Shown here piece after piece: positions 55,659 to 64,000 of a stretch of DNA of 64,000 nucleotides. Every line of letters begins with the position of its first letter. Positions within the stretch are counted from its first letter, which is position 1. The notes beneath the pieces are model-generated. The model was not told the origin of the DNA, searched no databases, and saw only the letters and a list, made by a program, of their open reading frames with translations. Position numbers and translations under genes: made by a program. Source of the stretch: Octopus vulgaris (taxonomy: Eukaryota); contig OX597821.1 in the NCBI GenBank assembly GCA_951406725.2, forward strand, positions 57,660,001-57,724,000. Reading direction: 5' to 3'.

Positions 55659-56610
55659 GAAAAATACACACTGGGACAAGAACGTAAATCATTTAGAAGA
55701 CGATACAAAAAACACGGACCGGACATTCGAAGCCTTCAATCTTCAGTCAAGAACCGGATCATCCTAGCAATTTCGGCTGATTAATCTTGAGATCGCTCCG
55801 ATCCGGCCAGCCCCAAGGAAAAACTAAGCTACGAGCATTAGATTTCTTGGAAAATGGATCGAATGTATACGAAACAGGGACAGAAAATCGGACGATGTCA
55901 CACGAATATAAAATACAAAAAACAATAATGGTAAAAACAGGACAAAAACAGCGGGTGTCTTACGACTAATAGACAGTACAACTTAGTTTAGCTGGCGTAT
56001 TTGTAAAAAAATGCCTTTTTCGGCAGACGAAGACAGCGATCTTCTCATGGCGCTGGTTAGAAGCCGAAAGGCTGGTTGACCAGCGGTCACGTGAGAGAAG
56101 AGAGAGAAAAGAAAGGGGGGCAAAGGAATCAAAGAGAGAGAAAAAGAGGGACGAAGGCAACAAAGGGGGGGGAGAAGAGAGAGAAAGAAGGAATTAAAGA
56201 GGGGAGAAGAAAGAGAGCGTGCCAAGGATTGGCTTCGCGACAGAATCAGTGAGAGAGTGGGGGAAGAGTAGACCAAAGAATCAGAGGCAAGAAAAGAGAA
56301 AAGGAGGAGAAGTAGAGAGAGAGAAAGAGACAGATCAAAGTAGAGTGCAAAGTGTGAAAGGCAGAGAAATGTAGGAGGTCCCCGTTTCGTATACATTCGA
56401 TCCTTTTTCCAAGAAATCTAATGCTCGTAGCTTAGTTTTTCCTTGGGGCTGGCCGGATCGGAGCGATCTCAAGATTAATCAGCCGAAATTGCTAGGATGA
56501 TCCGGTTCTTGACTGAAGATTGAAGGCTTCGAATGTCCCGTCCGTGTTTTTTGTATCGTCTTCTAAATGTTTTATTTTCTTGTCCCAGTTTGTATTTTTC
56601 TACATATAAT
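55649..56610. mobile_element. Element with ~230 bp terminal inverted repeats and a purine-rich interior, in (TA)n; PLE-like architecture
   Basis: 55649-55880 is the reverse complement of 56381-56610 at high identity. Confidence 0.85.
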
Positions 56611-56649
56611 ATATATAGCGGCGTCTGTACCCTCTTTGGCCTTATGTAA

Positions 56650-56772
<123 letters not shown>

Positions 56773-57604
56773 TCCACACTAATCTTATCTTGAATTTCAG
56801 TTGCGTAGTCAAGTTAAATTGCATCCTAAATTCAATTACTGTGTCACCTGATAACCAGATCCCCAACTGGAGTGCTTAGGAGTAAACCAAGAATGTGATG
56901 ATTTATACCCATACTTTCAGTTGGTCTTACTTGGGAAGCTATCCGGTGTATATAATGAAGGTTGTCACTGATAGGACTCTACTCCTCAGACTTTCCCAGT
57001 GCAGCAGGCTAAGATAGAAAGATGATTGGGCGGATTGTGTTACTACTCTTCTATAAATTTACTCATATAAATTTACATATTTTTAAGTATATTACCGTCA
57101 AATTTATCACCCCTCAAAGAATCACTTAGCTTGAGGCTGTCAGAAGCTATTTTGCTATAAACAAAGTATAGCCGGTAAAGAGATTTCTGCAAGTGCGGAA
57201 AGAATAACCGGCTAAATATCATGACTATACAAAGGTATACAAATTTTGTATTGACAAAAATATTACACTAATTATGGTAGGCAGTGAAACAAAAGCCCTC
57301 ATGTTTTGGAAATTAACCCTCGCCCCTCCTTGGAGCATCTAGTGAGTGAGACATGTTTAAAGGGATCCTGTAATTATATATATCATTATTTTGGGAAAAA
57401 TCCGTTAATAATCTCTTCTGTTCTCAACTAATAATACATATCATCGTATATACAAGACCTTGTTTCTTATATATACGTGCATGCGCACACGAGCAAACAT
57501 CCTCTCCCCTCACTCACGGACGCACATGCATATACACACACACATATAGACACACGCATACACACACATGTATATACATACATACACGCACACACACTCA
57601 CACC

Positions 57605-57698
<94 letters not shown>

Positions 57699-58063
57699 CA
57701 TATACACACGTAAGTTAACCACTTAGACGCCTGAATGAGTGCTACCGAGAGACAAAACGCTCGGAGCGGAGACAGATTAATTCACCCACTCGGAATGAAT
57801 AAATGATATTGGCCACATCTATGCTCGTTTGTACATGTGTGTGTGTGTTTTGGTGTGTGATTTTATCTGCTGGCTCATAAGAACAGCTGCTGCCACTATC
57901 ACAAATGCGAATACTATAATATAATGTTTGTGGAAGGTATGTATGTACTTGTGGGTTTGTATGGACGCATGTATGTATGGATTTATGAATGTATACTGGC
58001 AAAACCTGATGAGCCGTAGGCGAAACCAGATGACTATCTTATGAATTTCTATGTGCGTGTATA

Positions 58064-58149
<86 letters not shown>

Positions 58150-58918
58150 CATATATAATATACATATATATATATATATGCGCGTGTGTATAGGTGAGGC
58201 TGTGTGAGTGTTTGTAAGTGTTTGGATATTTTTTTGTTATGACCGTAGTGGTATTGGTTTGTGTGTGAGAGTATGTCGAGATAATATCTGAGATGAGAGT
58301 AAATATGAGGTTCACCAAATAAAAAATAACAAAACTGAACATAAACATGTTTACGAGACGGCGTGTTTCAGATATACGAATAGTGTACAGGAGAGCAAAC
58401 TACATTCGCTTGTCTACACACACTAAAACTGATGTGCACACACAACCATGTAGGTATATATGGGTATATAGATAGAAGATAGATAGATAGAATGAGAGAG
58501 AGAGATGTAGATAGATAGAGAGATAGGTAGGAAGGTAGGTAGATAGATAGATAAAGAGAGAGATATAGAGAGATAGAAAGATAGATATAGAGAGAGAGAG
58601 GAGAGAGATACATACATACACACATACATACATATATATACATATATACATATATATATGTATATGCATATATATATGTATATGCATATATATATATGTG
58701 TGTATATGCATATATATATGTATACATGCATACACACACACATAATACATATATATATATACATACATACATACATACACATATATATGTGTATATGCGT
58801 GTGGAGTCGCATGGCTCAGAGATTAAGGTAGTGGAATCATGATCGTAAGCTTGTGGTTCCGGTTCCTCGCCTGGGTGATATATTCTTGAGCAAAACACTT
58901 CACTTCACGTTGGCGTAT

Positions 58919-59315
58919 TTGAAAAAGAAAAAGAATTACTTCACTGGTCGTTCTAATTAATTCGATTTTCTAATAATATAAGTTAATTACACAGTTTGGT
59001 TTGTAGATCTAGTAAGTTCTTTTTTAACTTCGGTGGGGAGGTTTTCTAAAGATCCCTTGTTAGCTTTTTTGGGGGAGAACTTTCTCGCATTCTTCGATGG
59101 TGGTTACCAAACTGATCTGTAGATAACCACCACCGATGAATGTAAGAAACTTCTCCAGAAAAGCTAACAAGGAATCTTTAAAAAAATCTCCCCATCGAAG
59201 TTAACAAAGAACTTAATAGACCCACAAACCAAACTGTTAAATTAACTTTTACTATATTATTAGAAAATTAAATTAATTAGAACTACCAGTGAAGTTATTC
59301 TTTTCCTTTTTCAGA
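58919..59315. mobile_element. Diverged fold-back element (~185 bp arms); third partial arm at 59381-59440
   Basis: gaaaaagaaaaagaattacttcactggtcgttctaattaatt...ggtggtta / taaccacc...aattaattagaactaccagtgaagttattcttttcctttttc. Confidence 0.8.
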
Positions 59316-59443
59316 TATATGTGTGTGTGTGTGTGTCAGTGTGTGTCAGTGTGTGTCTGTGTGTGCGTGTTGTATGTGTGTCAGAAAAGGGAAAATAATG
59401 ACTTCACTAGTAGTTCTAATTAATTTAATTTTCTAATATATTT

Positions 59444-59835
59444 AGGCGCAGGAGTGGCTAAGTAGCATGCTTACCAACCATATGGTTCCGGATTCAGTCC
59501 CATTGCGTGGCACCTTGGGCAAGTGTCTTCTACTATAGCCTCGGGTCGACCAAAGCCTTGTGAGTGGATTTGGTAGACGGAAACTGAAAGAATCCCGTCG
59601 TATATATGTATATATATGCATGTGTGTGTATATGTCTGTGTGTCTGTGTTTGTCCCCCCAACATTGCGCTTGACAACCGATGCTGGTGTGTTTACGTCCC
59701 CGTAACTTAGCGGTTCGGCAAAATAGACCGATAGAATAAGTACTACGCTTTCAAAGAATAAGTCGCTCGACTAAAGGCGGTGCTCCAGCATGGCCGCAGT
59801 CAAATAACTGAAACAACTAAATGATTAAAAGAGTA
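59444..59835 (+). mobile_element. Full-length SINE family A
   Basis: Matches 53893-54305. Confidence 0.88.
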
Positions 59836-59849
59836 AATATTAATATTTG

Positions 59850-60010
59850 AAATTTACAGAAAAACAAAAGACGAAGGGAGGTGTATAAACGACGGACAGG
59901 TGTAATAGTTTAACGCTCATGAAGGTGAGAAAATCTTTTATGTTTTGAGCCAACGCCTTTCAACAGAAAGGAACACGAAGAAGTAAACAAAGAGAAAATA
60001 AAAAGAAAGA
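59850..60010 (-). mobile_element. Diverged solo PLE terminal segment
   Basis: aaaacaaaagacgaagg.aggtgtataaac...gtttaacgctc...ttcaacagaaaggaacac similar to 14185-14310. Confidence 0.7.
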
Positions 60011-62143
60011 GAATAAAAAATCTTGGTGAATAAAGCACTTAAATTGTAAGGCACCGGATCGGGTCAGAATTAAAATGTATGCACAGCAACTATAGACGAA
60101 TACAAACTCTGGTACCGAAGTAGAGGCAGAAAGATATTCAGGTTATGTATACAATCAATTGAAACCGATTGAGTATATCATCAGTCCTTGGGCTAATTCA
60201 TAAGCTCACATTGAATTAAATTTATGGTCCATAATATATTTCGGAATACGCGGGGAACAGGTTCCGAGAGAGATGAATCATGATTAAGTAAATAACAAAC
60301 GATGGATAGGTGTTGATTAGTTACAGCCGTTTCCAACGAATTTTTTAATTCATCAGTGAGTACATTATATTATTATAATAAACCGTTTTCTTCAGATAAA
60401 CACATAAACTATACTGTTAAGGACATTTAAAAAACATTTAGGAGACATTTTGAAATCATTTAAAATCCACTGAATGAGTATATATTGTGATTGCATGATC
60501 ATTGCTTGTTGCAGGATGACTTTGCCAAATCAAAACAAATTAAAGAGCTTTTAAAAGAGGGGACATCACTACTACATAAGTAGGAAGGGTGTATTTAAGA
60601 TTTAAAGTGTATAGTCTTGAAGGAGGTTATTCGGCATGGTAGTGGGGGTGGGGAACAGATAGCCGACCTCAGCGACTAATTCGCTCCAAGACTATAAATC
60701 TTAAATACCTCCTTTCCACATATGTTGTCGTGATGTCCTATATAAAAAAAATTTAAACTTATTAAATTTTAATGTATTCATAAACTCTCTTATACATTTG
60801 TGTAACTTTTACAGCTTATAAATGTTTTAGCAGTTTATAATTTCTTTTCATAAAACTCACTGTATAAAGTAATGTTATATCTTTATATTTGTAATTTCAT
60901 ATTTTATATTTATATACATATATATCCTTTTATATACCTTCATAGAGTTTATAAATTACAACAATTTTTTTGACAGTTTATATGGCTTTTTATATAATTC
61001 ACTGGATATGCGATTTCTTATTATATTTTTTTAATCATGCTGTATATTCATTAGGTGTTTATATCCCCAAATTTGTTTAGGTATTGTATCTGAACGTACT
61101 CCGTTATACATTTGGTATATCTCTAATTTAAATATCCCATATATTGGAGATCATTTCTTACGATATCTTATATTTATCCACCCGTAATGAAGCGAAACGT
61201 CCTTATATTAGTTAAATGTATACGATAAGTTTCCATTCATATGATAATTTAATTCTGTAATACATTCATAATAGAATAGTTTTATCCTGATCTTCTATAT
61301 ATTATGTTTAAGAAAAATCTTAATGTATTTTTCATATATATTCTTTTCTACTCTAGGCACAAGGCCCGAACTTTTGTGGGAGAGAGCCAGTCGATTAGAT
61401 CGACCCCGGTGAGCAACTGGTACTTAATTTATCGACCTCGAAAGGATGAAAGGCAAAGTCGACATCGGCAAAATTTGAACTCAGAGCGTAAAGACAGACA
61501 AAATACCGCTAAGATTTTTCTAATTAAAGTATCCTATTATTCAGTTTTAGATATTGGTTTAAATTTTCTCTCTTTAACATTACAAATTTACTAAGTTATA
61601 ATATACTACCTCCCTTATTCTCTGATTCTAAATTCCATCCCTAAATTTTATATTATATATTCCTTTGGATTTTCATCATATTCCCCTTTAATATGATAAT
61701 CAAAATAAGTATTGGCCATTCCTAGCCTTCTTTCTTCCATTTATTCCTTTCCCCATCAAGCATTCCTTTATCATTACCCCACGCCCTGGATATATGGTTC
61801 GAGTACATTGAGAGCTTTGTAAATTGTCTAACATTAAACGATTTATCACCATTAACTAGAATACATTGGACAAATCCCAATAGATTGATTTCAAATGATT
61901 AAAGACTACATTCTACACTTTGTCTTCCAAGCGTAACTAGGTCACCAATCTTTTTATCCTGACCCCAATATTTCCTCACCTGCTCTTTAAATTATAGTAG
62001 ACTTGACAAGGTATGCATTATTTTCTAAACTCATTCTTCCAGAGATATGACAACAGAAACAATGTAAATATTTTGCGTATTGCATTATTGATGTGTATAT
62101 GTTAAAGGAGTGGTTGTGTCCTTTATGTTGGAAGTTTGTGCGG

Positions 62144-62226
62144 TCATCTGACGAGAATGGTTTCTTTCAAATGATGTAATGTTTCCATTAATCAATTAAA
62201 TGAGTCGCTTGAAACGGTCGTAATGA
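62144..62226 (+). ncRNA. Hammerhead-like motif with long stem II insert
   Basis: tcat-CTGACGA-(56 nt)-GAAA-CGGTCG-TA-atga; 4-bp stem I, quasi-palindromic stem III, GUA triplet; stem II weak. Confidence 0.5.
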
Positions 62227-62264
62227 ATTGACACTTGTGCATCTTCCTTACTCATTCATATATT

Positions 62265-62318
<54 letters not shown>

Positions 62319-63711
62319 GCATTTTGTTGATGTTTGAGCATGTGCATATTATGATATATGGTATTTTACGAGTTTTTGACGCAAAATTAATCTATATGTG
62401 TGTGTGTGTGAGACGTGCTTCCACACACTTTTTATTTCTTAAATTTACTCACAAGCCATTTGTCAGCTTAGTGCTTAAGTACTAGACACTTGTCCAAGTT
62501 GTCATGCGTTAGGACAGAATTCTAAGCCACATGGTTGCAAAGCGAATTTCTTTAGCCAGACATCCATGCCTGCACCTATACATACGACATTGGCTAAAAA
62601 AAAAAAAACTTGATATATTCCGCCGTACAGTATAGTGCCTAATTATTTCATAAATTATTTTGTTATAATAAAATTAAATGTTATCGACCGACATGAAAAG
62701 AGCTCTATAAATGCAACATTTTATATTACTTTATATTTCAGTGTTATGTAAGAACTTCTAGTTTTGCAGGATTTGCATTAAATTTTGAAAAGAATTCTCA
62801 AAGGTAATTAATCACATATTGAAATAACATAAAAGTGAAAGCCAAGTTTAAAACCGCTAGATACTATATCAAAAGCTATCGTTCCAAATTCCAGTAATTG
62901 GTGTCACAGATTAAAGGAAATATTAATAAAGTTATTCTGTAGCATGCCTAATACTATGCACAATTTTTAACTCTCACAAATGTTAAGTGTATATTGTCAT
63001 TAAAATTTACTAGTTTTTCTTTTTTGTTGCTGTTTAACACTCAAGTCAGATTTGATCTTGTTTGTGTTTTTTCGCTTCAAGCATCATGTCGACAATTTTA
63101 AGATTCACTCGTTGGTTGGATGACACTGAGTGGGTGTCACAGTTAATATACAGGCGTAGTCGATATTTCACTCTCAATGACTCGATCCACTTATGTATTG
63201 ATAGTTACTATGTGGAGGTGGAATTATTCCTGTAAGGAGTATGAGTATGAAACGAACAATTCTGCATATCGTTTGCTTGTTGCTTTCGTCATTTTAACAG
63301 TCATGTAACGGAATTCAGGTACAAGTCGAAGACTGGCGTGCAAGAATTCTACGCCTATATTGCATAGATAATAATATGTTCTATACGCACCGTATCCATC
63401 GACCTGCTCATACAAATCCTTAATGTTTCTACTTTAATATGAATATTTGAACTAAAATGAATACTAAACCCTCTCTTTCTCTTTTCCTTTCTTTCTTTTT
63501 TCTCCCCCCCCCCCCTCTCTCTCTCTGTCTATCTTCTTATTTATTCATCAATTCTTTCTGTGATTTTTCTCTCTTTCTATTATAACACTCCATATAGACT
63601 CTACCGCTCTATGTGACCTCTCTCCCTATCGCCGCTGAACTAATGAAGAAAGTGCGGAGATGTTGGTGCTGGTGTATTGATTTACTGAACAACTTGCACA
63701 ATGAATATTAT

Positions 63712-63734
63712 TGTGTGTGTGTGTGTGTGTGTGC

Positions 63735-63816
<82 letters not shown>
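63712..63816. repeat. (GT)n microsatellite
   Basis: Seen directly. Confidence 0.95.
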
Positions 63817-63817
<1 letters not shown>

Positions 63818-64000
63818 GCCCGTAAATCAACAAAACACTTTTTTCCTCAATGGAAAGAACAACAAAAGTCTTAACAAAAACTTAGTCGTCTCAAGAAGGG
63901 TTCTTAACTCCTGTTTGCAAACAATGGTGATTTCTTCGACTTTGTTAAAAGTTTTGGTTGAAAATTTATTTTTACTGCTATTCGCTGGTGCCTCTGGGAA

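Noticed and set aside
58006-58026. Perfect CTGATGA-GCC(gta)GGC-GAAAC hammerhead half
   Set aside because: No UH site with pairing stems I and III could be found on either side; at best a decayed ribozyme.
61600-62050. Possible LINE C-terminal remnant on the minus strand
   Set aside because: Multiple stops and no diagnostic motif.

Overview
AT-rich, microsatellite-saturated animal DNA, most likely from an octopus (inferred from the SINE families and the density of (TA)n/(CA)n/(ATT)n repeats). No intact host protein-coding gene is supportable, and nearly all long ORFs in the track are translated microsatellites. Recognisable coding remnants are all transposon-derived: a Penelope-like element (RT + GIY-YIG, 15237-16638, with an inverted 3' arm), a second PLE GIY-YIG fragment, Tigger/pogo, DD37D (maT), Tc1 and hAT-Charlie transposases, and CR1-type, R4/Dong-type and RTE-type LINE ends. 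There is also a non-autonomous Helitron and dozens of tRNA-derived SINE copies. The most striking signal is a set of unrelated, non-coding, fold-back or tandem elements (18681-19130, 25843-26609, 32643-32800, 38005-39080, 52657-52897). Each carries a hand-folded minimal type-I hammerhead ribozyme motif with variant cores (U3-A8, U4C) and has arms pointing outward, like the neighbouring Penelope element. They look like a diverse retrozyme / non-autonomous PLE system. All folds and similarities were read by eye; coordinates of degraded repeats are approximate.
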